DNA of 63,758 bases, the filler included, from Reticulomyxa filosa (Eukaryota > Protista > Foraminifera): assembly GCA_000512085.1 (NCBI GenBank). It is 15 parts of 15 records of this genome, joined end to end, with 100 filler letters (N's around TTAATTAATTAA, not from the genome) between each part and the next. Parts side by side here need not be neighbours in the genome. Positions count along the whole stretch, not along the records: positions 1 to 12,436 come from ASPP01004056.1; 14 more parts are not named here. The stretch is one strand, 5' to 3'. Under the pieces are notes generated by a model that ran no database searches, was not told the DNA's origin, and saw only the letters and a program-made list of their open reading frames with translations. A program made the translations under genes and the position numbers. Of this stretch, positions 1 to 12,436 are shown in pieces. Each line of letters opens with the position of its first letter. Position 1 is the first letter of the stretch.

Positions 1-261
1 TCATTGGGAACAATGAAAGACATATTAAAGGCATGGCGTGAAGTAGCTTATAAACAAGGAGCGATTAAACAAGATGAAAATTCTCAATTTAGTCATTTCT
101 TGGAAAAGTTTCTCTTTAATCAATTAGAATATTTTCCATATCAATCATTGACATGGAGCTATTGTGCTGCTGCATATCAATGTGCATATCAAGAATGGAA
201 AAAACAAGATCAAAAATCAACTTCGCTGTTTACTAAAATTAGGGGCGCCCTCTTTTTCTAA
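1..261 (+). CDS. 3' end of an unidentified protein-coding gene (truncated by window start)
   Basis: Open frame from the window start to TAA at 259-261 with protein-like composition (…KDILKAWREVAYKQG…); no motif recognised. Confidence 0.4.
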   Translation, partial: SLGTMKDILKAWREVAYKQGAIKQDENSQFSHFLEKFLFNQLEYFPYQSLTWSYCAAAYQCAYQEWKKQDQKSTSLFTKIRGALFF

Positions 262-842
262 AGACAATGCATTAACATTTTTATTATGTAAAAAAAATGA
301 GTGTTTATGCACAATTCCTAAAGAAAATAGGAACATTTTTTCAATGCAATTCTTGAATTTATGTCAATTGATTTCACTACTCTTAAATGAAATATATGGA
401 AGCTTTTGTTTGCCAACATCAAAAACGGACAACTCCTTTTTTTACAACAATTTCTCCTAATCATTGAAATTACGATTTACTCTAGCACTTCCTATAAAAA
501 TTTTAAAAAATTTTTCATTTTTAAAAATTAAAGATTCACTCAAATGTAAAAGTTGAGGACATTACTCGTTATTTTTTAAATATTATTTAAAGAAATTTTT
601 TCCTTCTTAGCATCGTTTTTAATTTGCAGTTTTAAAAATCTTCTTTGTAAATTCTCATTTAATACCACAACCATAATACAGTTTTTTATGACATTTTTAA
701 ACCCTCAATTATTTCATTTAAAAATTATCCTTTTTGCCACATAACAAAGATCGGGTACTTTTGAAGCTAAAAAAGAAGGGTGGAGGGGTAACTACATAGC
801 TAGAAAATAAAATATATTTTTTTCCATTGGGGTGCAAAAGAC

Positions 843-3800
843 ATGGCAACCGACAGTAATTACCCAAAGAGTCCAACCAAGGGTGGTGGTCAGTCAGTGG
901 CCAGCTTGGAATTGGAAATAAAAAATGTAGATCAATTTCATTTGTCTTTGGAAGTGAAAACGTGAAGCAAAATGACTAGTCCGTACTTGTGTTTTTTTCC
1001 CATGTGTGGTGGGGGTGGACAAACAGTTGAAAAGAGACAATCAAGCTTTGCAAGCAGAGTTGAGGAAATTAAAAGAAGCTCAAAACAAGAAAGGCAAAAC
1101 CTTGGAACAAGAAAAAGAGATGCGTTTGCAAGCAAACCAAGACAGATACTGGGTGTGTACTTTTTTTTTGTGTCAAAGTTGTAATTCAAAAAAGGGGGAT
1201 TAAAAAAAAAGGGAGAGGGACAAATTTTGTTGGGTAATAAGTTTTTATTGAATAAACACAAATATTTAAATAAATAAAGTTGCGACAAAAATTAAGTCGC
1301 ATGCAAATGGCAATCAATGCCCGATTGAAAATGTTAGGGATTGACTTTGATAACTGTGATGACTTGTCTTCCGCTTTGGACGCTGCATTTAGTGCAATTC
1401 AAAAACTGTCTCTGGAGGTTAGTTGTCTTGACTATTTTTTTTTATGCAATTTATTTTATTTTATTTGGAAGTTGGAATGAATTTGCTGAGAACGTAGCCT
1501 TTCATTAGTTCAAACAAAAATGCGACAATGTTTAGTGATATGCAAGGGGTGATGGGGGGGATTGATATTGGTTTTTTTTGTGATGCATTTGATAGTTGCA
1601 AAAAAAAGAGAAGAAGTCACTGAGGTATGACTTTATTTTTTTTGTTTTGTTGACATTATTATAAGATTGGGAAAAAAAAAGTGAACAAACAAAACTTATT
1701 CTCAATTTTTGAAATGATAAAAAAAAATGGTGAGACCAGTGGGAAAAGAAATACGTAGACTTACAAGGAGAATTGGATAAATTGCGAGGACAATTGGACA
1801 AGAAAGAACAAAATCTCTCCAAAATGAAGGAAACCATGGAAACGCAAAAGTTGGCATTGAGTGAAAAGGATAAACGCATTTCACAAGTTATACATACTTT
1901 GATCTCTGTTCATTCATCCAAAAAAAAAAAGAAAGAAATAAAATGAAATGAACCACCTACATATGCTACACACCCATATACCCAGATTAAATATGACATA
2001 ATGTGCAGAAATAACAATATTATATTATTCACTTATCATACATGTATACACATATATGTATGTGTGTATTAAAATGGTTGTTGGACAGTTTGGAAAAGAC
2101 ACGGAGCGATTGAGCTCGGAAAGTGAACAACACGAACGTGAGTTGGCTGAATTGCGAAGCCAAATTGAAAATGAAAAAAGTAAAGCGCAAAAACAATTCG
2201 ACAAAGTTAATTTGTCTTTCCAAGCCAAATGAATGCAACATATATGTGTATATGTACATATATATATTTATATGTATATATATAATGTTATATGTCATAC
2301 AACGACATGCGTAAATGGCAATGCGGAAACACATATACACATCACACAATGAATGAACGACACAGTTGATGGAGTCGAAACAAAAATGGGAAGAAGAAAT
2401 GAAACAAAAGGAAAATGAAGCAGCGGAAGCGCAACGATTGTGGCAACAACAGCTGAGAGCGAAGGACGATGAGTTGTTGCGAGCGCTGAAGCAACTGGAG
2501 GCACTGACGAAAGAATTGGAAGATGAGAAATCGAAAAACTCGCAATTGGAAGAGCAGGCGCAAGAAATGAAAGATCGCATCCGCGACTTGGAGAGCACGA
2601 TGTCAATTCAAGATGAAGAGATCAGCGGCTACAAAAACGACGCCGAAAAGAACCAAGGACTGAGCATGGAATTGGAAAAGAAGTTGTCGGAGCAGTCCAA
2701 CACTATGTCGGATCGCTTGAAAGACTTACAAACGGAAAAGGCACAAATGCTGCAAGCCATTAAATTGGCCAAAGATCAAATCACTTTGAAAGACGATGAA
2801 ATCAAGAAACTGCGGCAATTGCTGGATCAAGCCAAGCGCGACTTGGAGAAATCCAAACAAGATCACGATGATTATTTGAATAGACCACGCGAAGATAAAG
2901 AAGTTCAAACGGATATTTCTGGTCGCTGGTTTGAAGATGTTAATAATTAAATAAACACATACATATATTTATATATACATATATATGTATACATGTTTAT
3001 GTTTCTGTTTATGTTTACATATAATTCAATGATTGGCCGAGCTCTGCTATAAATGGGCCAACGCGTAGTGTACGTCTTGAAAGTACAAAAAATGAATTGT
3101 GACGTGTGGACACATAAATGGATAGACTGCGCTGAAATTGAATGACTTGGAACGATTGCGAGGCGAAAACGACCGATTGGCGAATGATCTGGCGTTTGCG
3201 GATGGCAAGGTGCGAGGATTAATGACAGAGAACAAGGCTCTGGTGGACGAAATCGACTACTTGATCAAACAGGCGGCCAAGTTCAAGCCCGATTCGGCGA
3301 ACCACTCAGGCGGTGTGCTGGCCTTGTGTTGCGCGCCCAACAAGTACATGTGTGCCACGTCGGCAACAGACAGATCGGTACGTCTGTGGAAAATCAACAC
3401 CGATGCCGATGGCAAAGAAGACAAAGTGTTCCAAGTGTATGCCTCGTCGCATTTGGAGCGACAAGCACCTGCCTTGGCTTTCTCCAAAGATGGTATGTTT
3501 CTTAATTTCCAAATCATATTTGATCAATATGTTTATACGTTTAACAATTGCATACATATATACAATAAATACATATATATGTATATGTATGAATGATGTA
3601 CATACATATAAAAATCCAAAAAAAAAAAAAAAAGGAACATATTTGGCTGGAGGAGTGGGCCAACGAGATAACCCCAATGGTAGTATTTTGGTGTGGAATA
3701 TGAGCGCTGGAGAAGGGGAAGTGCAGACACTGTTCCGAAGTCGTGAAACGGTTCGATTTGGAGGTGTGTACTGCTTGTGCTTCAGCGATAACAATCGGTA

Positions 3801-4547
3801 TATATTCGCCGGCGACACCACCGGTACGGTATGGGTCTGGGACATGCAATACAACTTGCAATTGGTGGAGGTGCATATGCACAAGGACGTGGTCCAAAGC
3901 TGTAGTATCGGAGGAGGATATTTGATCTCCACGTCCTTTGATCAAACCATGTCCATGTTCGAGTTGAACCGATTGGACAAAGTCAAAGTCAATGTGGATA
4001 AACTGCACTTATGGAAGTTTTGTTTCGATCCCCCTCTTTTTTTTTTTAAAAAAAAAAAAAAGAAAGGTGAAACTAGCGAGAACGTTCACACACACACAAA
4101 TCCTCTTTTTTTTTTTTATCTTCCTTTTACAATAGGCCAAAGGAAGCGAAAGCTAAAGAATTAGCAAAAGATGATCGCTACCCATGGTGGCAGGTTTGCG
4201 CTACGGATGATGGAAAGTCAATTGTCGCAGGTGGTCGTAAGATTGGTGTATTTGCATTTGATGGCGACAAAGTCTCTTCAGGCCCGAGTGTTGTAGACAC
4301 TGACACGGATCACATTGACTGCTTACGAGTCAAACGAAATATGATTTTGGTGTGTCGTAAAAACACCCCGCGAGCCAAAATTTTCGATTTGGTCACAGGC
4401 AAAGAAATGAACAAAAGCCAGTATAAAAACAATGTCGTCAAAGTCGACTTTTTGTACAACTTGCAACACGTTGCCGTTTGTTGCCAAGTTTGGGAAAAAG
4501 AATCACTCAAACCCCCCAGTATGCATTTGTGGGATACCAAAAAATAA
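843..4547 (+). CDS. Multi-exon protein with a long N-terminal coiled coil and C-terminal WD40 repeats
   Basis: ATG at 843. About 9-10 exons can be joined via GT-AG (e.g. 1027-1152, 1280-1417, 1740-1886, 2366-2938, 3126-3493, 3635-4017, 4136-4547). Heptad-rich E/K/Q/L segments are followed by WD-type repeats: HSGGVLALCC..SATDRSVRLWK, LAFSKDG, GDTTGTVWVWD, HKDVVQSC..TSFDQT, ending ..MHLWDTKK. Confidence 0.8.
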
Positions 4548-5197
4548 ATATTTTCTGTTCCTCCTCCCCTTTTTTGTATTTTTTTTTTCCCCCCCCCCCT
4601 TATATCCCCTCTTTCCCCGCCTCTTTTCACATCACCCATTTTTTTTTTTATAAGACTTGTAATTTGCTTTTTTGGTTTTACACATTTTCAGTGTGTTTTG
4701 ATCAAAATGGGATGTATTTAGTTGGAGGTTGGAGGGGTTTGCTTCCATTTGTTTGATTTTTTTTTTTAATGATCAACTTGTGAATTTTCAAAAAGCAGAA
4801 AAAAAAAATTCAAATATCCAAGTCCAAAAAAACAAAATGTTTAAAAAATGCAAATTTAAAATCTTTTTTATTTCTTTACATTTTTTTAAAAGATTCGGAT
4901 GCCATACTCTTATTTGGCAAGTCAAGTAAACCATAAACATTAATATTATAGTGTGAGTTATAATGATGTGCACAAAGTGCAGTGTAAATAATTGTGATGT
5001 GAACTATTAGCGTTAACGCATTCTTACAAAAAAATTTCAAAAAATGCTTTTTTAACAAATAAAATTTTTTTAAAAGTGCTGCGATGTTTGTCATTTTGGG
5101 AGAATGAGAAAACTCTGTTCGTATTGCTTTTTGAAACGGCTCAATCAATATTTGTATATTCGTTGTCACTAGTGAGCGATGTAATTTTTGAATAAAA

Positions 5198-6161
5198 TCA
5201 AAGCAATTTAAGCATAGTTTCTTTATAAACTTCCAAGTCGCTTTCGTCCCAACAACAAAACACAATTTTTTTAATTGTGTGTTCACTTTGTATAGTATTT
5301 TCATCAGTTTTGCTTTCTTCAGTCAAATCAGGATTGAGCTTTTTGTCATTTTCTTTTTTTTGGAACGAGAAGAAAACCATTCCTTGCACGTTTGAATTGC
5401 AATCTCTGAAGCTTTTGTGATTGGGATCATGTGAGAACCAGTTCCAATGTTAACAAAGCATACATGATCTAATTTGTTCTCGACACATATATCTAAAACG
5501 GAGGTGTAGCATTTGGACAAACGGTCCAATGTACTCCTAGCAGGTGATACAACATGGATAACCTTTGAACATGGCAATTGATATGCATTCGTGATAACAC
5601 ATTCACCAACTTCTAGACCATTTGGACACTTTTCAAAGCACTCTTTTTCTAGTTCCTTTCCAGCCACTCGATGGATGGCCCCACAAACGCCTATATTGTG
5701 TTGTTATTATTATTTATTGTACTATCAATTCTTTTGCTAGATACAAATTAATAATCATTGATTAGTTAATTTAGATAATCCATCCAAACAAACAATTTTT
5801 GAATTACATGGCCAAACATATGTTAAATATGCATAAACATTTTTTTATTATTTTTACAATAAATCAAACAGATTTTCGAACCTCCGCCAGATTTTAGTGT
5901 CCAGTTTGCTGGATTAACAATGCAATCAATTTTTAGTTTTGTGACGTCGCCCCAATATAAACAAATTATATCACCCAAATGTCCAAACTTTTCACTTGTC
6001 TCATCTTCTGTTTTTTCTGTTTCTGAGGCTGAGCTGCTCTCTTTTTTAGATTTGGATCCCAACAGTTTTTTTTTGCAAGAGTTCCATGTTGGAATTTCAC
6101 TTACATCTGTCTGCTTGCTGAATCCAGATAGAGAAAAAATTACATTATGAAAATTTTTCAT
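5198..6161 (-). CDS. Macro-domain (MacroD/YmdB-type) ADP-ribose-binding/hydrolase protein; one intron and one apparent frameshift
   Basis: GDVTKLKIDCIVNPAN..GGG|VCGAIH..GECVITNAYQLPCSKVIHVVSP..CYTSVL..FVNIGTG, with an intron at ~5692-5882. The typical C-terminal element IKKIVFCCWDESDLEVYK lies in another frame, reached by adding 1 nt at the T8 run 5354-5361. Confidence 0.88.
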
Positions 6162-6539
6162 TTAATATTTGCGGGAGAACCAGTACAAGAAAAAACCTTT
6201 GAAAGTTCGGCACTTATTGACAAAAACAACAATAATATTATATTTTATTCAATAAAGATATTTTCTTTTCATTTATTTAGTCACACTTTTGGTACTAATT
6301 AAAAAGCGAATCCAGTGTAAAAAACAAAGACTAACTCAAAAAAAAGATGTTTACAAAATTAAATGTCAAAGTGATTAACACTCAGAGAAAAGAGACTATA
6401 ACATCAATATTTTTTCAACTTTGAACAATTTTTTAAATTCTAAAACACCCCAGAAGTTCAAAATTTGTAAATACACTAATTTAAATCTTTAAAAAAACAT
6501 AAGTATAACTCACTACGTTACAAACGCCAAAGCAACGGA

Positions 6540-7260
6540 GAGACATCCGTTTAAACGACAGCGATTGGCGAACAGTGATATTTATTCGCTACGGTAAAAG
6601 TCATTGTAATGCAGCTGATGCATCGACATTCTAAAAGACAGTGTCATCAGCAAAGTGGTTTTGTGAATTGTATAAGTATCGAATGTGAAGCAATTCCTCG
6701 GCTCCTAGCAAAGCAAACAATAACAATGGCATCGATACACGAACATAGGACGGTTGAATGATTTACATATCAATATCAAAGAATGTTGCTAAAGAGATTT
6801 GATATGACATATTGCGGAGTTGATCCATACAATACAATAATAAAACCCAACAGCAAAGAATGTACAATTTAATGTCTTTTTGTCTTCAAAGACTATTCAA
6901 CAAATCGTCATTACTGTCGGACACAGCTTATGGTTCCAAACGTTTTTCAAGACATTTCTCCAGACCACTTTGAAGCAACGCAGTCTCCCGCTTCACCTTG
7001 GCGAACACAAAATCAAAAATTGTCATGTAGTCGCCTTTAACATTTGCAAACTCTTCACTCACTGCAATGACGCTGCTGCTTACTGTGTGCGCAATACGAA
7101 TGACCGCTTTATTGTATCAATCCAAACTATTTCACATTTGTGCATTGACATTATGGAAGTCGCTAATACAAATAAAAAAAGCAATAGTCAATCTAAATCG
7201 TCTTTTTTTGTTTATAATAATAACACATATAGAAAGCCTTACAGTAATGTTGAATTAAGA
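6540..7260 (-). pseudogene. Decayed coding-like sequence of unknown family
   Basis: Higher GC than the flanks. Minus-strand peptide stretches (VIRIAHTVSSSVIAVSEEFANVKGDYMTIFDFVF.., PLLLFALLGAEELLHIRYLYNSQNH..) are interrupted by stops. Confidence 0.3.
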
Positions 7261-7604
7261 TAATCTGAAACTGACTTGCATATACACATGATGAATCGAA
7301 TCATTCTAATTCATTTTTATGGAAATTAATTGATAAATCAAGTACTTCTGATATTTGCATTGAAACAGATTTATATATTAATAGACTATATCATTAACGA
7401 TCACTACACTTTACAAACACATTTGATACATATACATAATTAATACTAAGAACACAGTGAAATCGATCAAGATAAAGTCTTTTATCATTTGAATACGATA
7501 TTATCATTATTGACATTTATAACAATAGTCATTCATATAATTTACAACTCATTCGAATGTTTTTTCTTATACCATGCAACATTCTTTACAGATAACTTAT
7601 AATA

Positions 7605-7871
7605 CAGTATGTTGCAAAGAAAACTGAAAGCCTAAAACGATATCATATGATGATAATTGATTTTCTCCATGAAAAATCAACATTAAACTTAATTTTTTTT
7701 TTAAAATATCTACAAATATTGTAGTTTTTAAATATAAAATTGGTTTTAATAACTACAAGATTTGTATATATTTTAAAAAAAAATTAAGTCTAAATGTTGA
7801 TTTTTAATGGAGAAAATCAATTATCTCATAGGATATCGTTTTAGGCGTTCACTTTTTTTTGCAACATACTG
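7605..7871. mobile_element. Foldback MITE-like element (Tc1/mariner-type ends, TA target-site duplication)
   Basis: Arms 7605-7732 and 7745-7871 are imperfect reverse complements along their whole length with a ~12-nt spacer. Ends are TA|CAGTATGTTGCAAA ... TTTGCAACATACTG|TA. Confidence 0.75.
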
Positions 7872-9131
7872 TATTTCATTATAATTTTGTTTTTTTTAAT
7901 TGAATCATATGATCTTTAACTATGCTACTTTTCTTGAAAAATAATATTTGTACAAACTTGCTTGGATACTAAAATTTTTTCAACATTTTTTTTTAATTTT
8001 GATTTTTCTATATTTCAAATAATTTGAAAAATGATAATTGTAAATAAAAAAATTTGTGATAAGTCTAGTTGACTTGCTTTTAGTTTGAAAGTGAGTTAAA
8101 GTAATACAAAAGTTTTGACAAGTCTTTAACAACGGTTGTTCTATACGACGCTGCTCAAATTAAAGTAAAAGCCACACTCAATGACACTCAAAAAGAAGGT
8201 TGGTCAGTAAAATAGAATTAAAAGAATAGCTCAAAAGTGGAAAAGAGAAAGGAAGTCACACAAAATCACTAAAAAAAAACAAAAGAAACAAAACGAAAGA
8301 AGAGAAAAAAAAGACGATAATGTTTGAAAGATAGCTTTATTTGTGACAACTGCTCACAAGTGAAAAAGGGGAGTTTTTTCAAATAAATTAATTAATTAAA
8401 CGAGAAATACTCTTTCAATCTTTATGAAAATTATTATGTTTTTTTTGCAACAATTAACAATGTTCATTTATGTGTATTTTAATTTGAAAAATTGCATTAT
8501 TTGATTTTTGTTGAAAATAATTGAAAATTTACTTGGTAGTAAATGAATCAATGAAGAAGGGGTGGCTAATCAACTCAGATTCGAGGCTCAAGTTCATTAA
8601 TTTTCTTTTCCAATGCTTAATTGTCTTTGGCCAATTTATTTTTCACGTCGACAAGTCCTTCATTTATAACTAACATGTGTACTAATATAAAAACATAAAA
8701 AATTAAATTAAAAAACAAATAATTGCTATTGTGGAATGTCAAAAACTAATGTTATTGTCAATTGAATAAAATAGAATATAAATTGTAAACAGCGTTCAAA
8801 TTTTGTTTAGAATATGGCAGTAGATTTAAAATTTCAGAACAGTGGTTGAGTTAAATAAACTAGTGATATTTGCATATATTATTTGTCAAAGACTGAATAT
8901 AAATCTTGCACTCCGATATTGCTTTTCAAATATTAATCTTACTATTTTCTTGTATAACTGCAGAAATAGAAACTCTTTCCCAATTTACCTTTTATGTGCA
9001 ACAGCAAAAAAAAGAACTTGAAATACACTAGAAATATGAAACTCAAACACAATACTTTCGACAGGTTGAACCGTATTTAAAAAAGTAACAGCCTCAAAAA
9101 AACTAGATTTTGTGCATTTTGATTTATCACA

Positions 9132-10118
9132 ATGTCAAGTTTTGATCATCTGCTCAAGCTGCTTTTGATCGGAGATTCAGGTTCGTCTATCCTGGCATAT
9201 ATCTTCATTCGTAACCAAGTTTTGACAAATGAGTAAATCAAATCAACACAAGGTGTCGGGAAAACATGTCTGCTCTTAAGATTTGCGGAACAAACATTTC
9301 AAACGAGTTTTATCTCAACCATTGGGTGTGTGACGGAACAAAAAAATATAAGATCTGTGTTTGGCTCAATACTTTTTGTTTTTGTTCGTTGCTTAAATAA
9401 AAGCAACAATAAACAAAAAAAAAGGATAGATTTCAAAATGAAAACAGTAGATGTTGATGGTAAAATAGTAAAGTTGCAAATATGGGATACAGCTGGACAA
9501 GACCGATTTCGTGCAGTAACTACTGCATATTATCGTGGAGCAATGGGAATTGTATTAGTTTATGATATCACAGAAGAACAGTCATTTTTAAATGTGCAAA
9601 GTTGGGTGTCAAGTATCCAAGAACATGCAGCGGATGATATTCCCATTGTTTTAGTTGGAAATAAGTGTGACAAGATTGAAGATCGAGTTTTCAAAACTAC
9701 ATTTTTTGTTTTTTTTGATTCTTATTACCTAGTCTTATGATCTGCATTTTTGTGTGCACAACTATTTCTTCCATCATTTAAAAATGCAATTAATGCAGGT
9801 CATCCCAAAAGAAACAGGAAAACAGATGGCCGATGAATATCATATGCGCTTTTATGAGACAAGCGCAAAAAATGATGTAAATGTCAAAGAAGCCTTCACT
9901 AATCTTGCCAGAGACATTCTCATCAGAAGTCAAATCAAAGTTAAATTTACATTGTTTTAGTTGAGTGGCACGTAACGCCAATCTGAATTGCTGCTATGTT
10001 ATGCACACCACTTCAGGAAGAGTTAAATAAACAAGCAAAAGAGAAAGGCAACAAAATCAAAGATATTCCTGCAAAACTAGAGCTTGCAAACACTACCAAG
10101 AAGTGCAATTGTGGCTGA
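9132..10118 (+). CDS. RAB8: Rab GTPase, Rab8/RabE/Sec4 group (5 exons)
   Basis: [17 protein letters not shown]|[16 protein letters not shown]|[29 protein letters not shown]..|..YETSAK..|..KKCNCG*. All G-box motifs, the Rab8-type AYYRGAMG and a C-terminal CxC prenylation motif are present. Confidence 0.9.
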
Positions 10119-10396
10119 TCTTGTGGAAGAGGGACATTTCTTGTATTATGATTCTTTTTCAATATTTCCTTTTTTTTGTGATCTTTTTTTTGTTTTGCGA
10201 ATGTCTGACTCAATTACAAACTTTTATTGACACCAATAATTTTTGTTACAAAGGCAAAAAAGTGTATTTGTATTTTTTCCCACTATTTTTATTTTCTCCA
10301 CTCAAATTATTATTTATTGTTCTGAGTAATTTTTCCTTGAAATATTATCTAAAAAATTTTAGACTTGCTCTTAACAATACAACCAACAAAAAAAAA

Positions 10397-10605
10397 GATT
10401 CCACCATAAACATTTGCAATTTTATTCACAAAAAAGCAACTTTTTTAAATAATATTTCTAGAGAATTCAGAAGTATGTTTGGATGTTAACAATTTTTTCA
10501 GCTTCAAAATATTTATTAAGCACACTTTTGGATTCCTGATGACTTGAGGATATTATTTTAAAAAAGCTGCTTTTTTGAATAAAATTGCAAATGTTTGTGA
10601 AGATC
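10397..10605. repeat. Imperfect inverted repeat (possible small non-autonomous element)
   Basis: cataaacatttgcaattttattcacaaaaaagcaacttttttaaataatatt (from 10405) matches the reverse complement of gatattattttaaaaaagctgcttttttgaataaaattgcaaatgtttgtg (to 10599). Confidence 0.65.
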
Positions 10606-10929
10606 GAGATAGTATGAAAATAGGCCAAATATTCTTTATACTCGATCTAAAGATGAAAATCTTATCTACTTTATTTTTTTTGACACCTTAAATGGTATCC
10701 GTTCATGACTTGACACCTGGTTATGACTAAAACAAAAATGGAGATAAATGCTTTTGCACAAAGAGAAAGGTTGAGTCATGTTTTTCGCTCTTCTTTTAAA
10801 AACAAACAAACCAAAAGCAGTAAATACCAAAGTGTCTTTCTAGTTTCAAATTAATAATGATTTAAAGCAAGAGTAAAACGAAATTTATCTATTTCACTTG
10901 CGAATGAAAGATAAAGTGTTAAAGTAGGT

Positions 10930-12320
10930 CATGAGGATACATTTTCGCCAGGAGTAGGATCAAAAGGGCAGTCACCCACGATCGATTGGCTCTCGCTTTT
11001 TGAGTCGTCTTCATCGTCATCAGACTGTGTGTTGAGCATCCTGCCATTAGGACCCAGTGGAGTGGGAAAGTTGGATTCCTGTTAAAAAGTTTGAATTAAC
11101 AATAATAACAATGAAAGATAGGACAAATGCGACTATCAAGTTTGCACTCGCTAGGAAAGTGAGACATAACTTTTACACTTGTATCGTTCTGTTTTTTGGC
11201 ATTGCTATTCTTTTTTTGATCAAACGTTGCACGTTTGAAGTTTCATCACTAGATTTTTTTGCTCGGGGATTGTTGCTCTTGTTTTCATATCTGTTTTCAT
11301 TTTTAGCATCATCATCACTATTGGCAGTTGATTTTTTAGACTTGGATATGGATTTAGATTTCGACTTTGATTTCGATTTAGATTTTGATTTTGATTTTGA
11401 TTTTGATTTAGATTTTGATTTAGATTTCGATTTAGATTTTGATTTCGATTTTGACTTTGATTTTGATTTGATTTTATTGTGCTTGCTTCTATTTTTCTTA
11501 CTCTCTTTTGAAGGATGTGATGCTTCACTATAATGGGACCGAGATCGATTTTTATGAATGGCCTGTGGACTTGGACTCGGAGAAGAAGGCTCATTTTGTT
11601 CTTTTTTATCGTTGTCTTTGTTCTCCTTTTTTAGTTTTTGATGCTTTTGGCGATGGTGAACGTCGTCATCGTTTTTTTTCCCTCCCCCTTGTTTCTTTTT
11701 GCTTATGCGTGCCGCATTTACGTTCGTTTTATTGCCTTCCTCGTTATTTTTGTTCTTTTCGCTGTCATCATCCGTGGCTGTCTTCGCGCTCGGGATACTC
11801 TTGTCTTTGCCTTTGTTTTTCACTTTGGCTTTGGCCTTGGGTTTGGCTTTGTTGCTGTCCGAGTCTGAGCTTTCACTCCTTTTATTGGACGAGTTATACG
11901 ACTTCTTGCTTGCCTTTGCTCGCTTGTTATCACTATCGTGACTACGGTGATCGGTTGAGTCACTGTTCGATTTAGATTTGGATTTCGATTTGGATTTCGA
12001 TTTTGATTTTGATTTGGATTTGGATTTTGATTTCGATTTCGATTTTGATTTGGATTTAGATTTGGAATGTGCGTTTGAAGGTGAATTGGAACGTGAGTGT
12101 GAATTAGACTTGGACTTTGAGTTTGAAATGGAATTGGAGTTGCTTTTATCCTTTTGAGAGCCATTGTCCTCACTTGGCATGTTAAATTCCTTTTGCTTTC
12201 CATTTGCTTCGCTGCTTTGGCCCGACTTATTCTTTGACGCCTTGTCGCTTGTTTCCGATACTCTTTTTGTTTGGTTTTCGATTGTAAAACACCAACAATG
12301 TGGAGTGCAATTGCTTTCGG
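10930..12320 (-). CDS. Low-complexity basic protein with two (KS)n tracts; 5' end lost at the gap
   Basis: 335-aa ORF 11173-12180 extends upstream without a stop to ~12320. A likely last exon ~11078-10930 (ESNFPTPLGPNGR..ENVSS*) follows a cag acceptor. Confidence 0.55.
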
Positions 12321-12400
12321 TTTACTCACCAAGTACTTTTTATTAATCCAAACAAAGAAGGGGGAAAAACAATCGAAAAAATCGATTGTGGCAAAATAAT

Positions 12401-12436
<36 letters not shown>

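Noticed and set aside
11173-11220. Another homopolymer frameshift at the end of the KS-repeat ORF
   Set aside because: A phase-0 donor (CAA|gtgtaa) joins the last exon without any shift.
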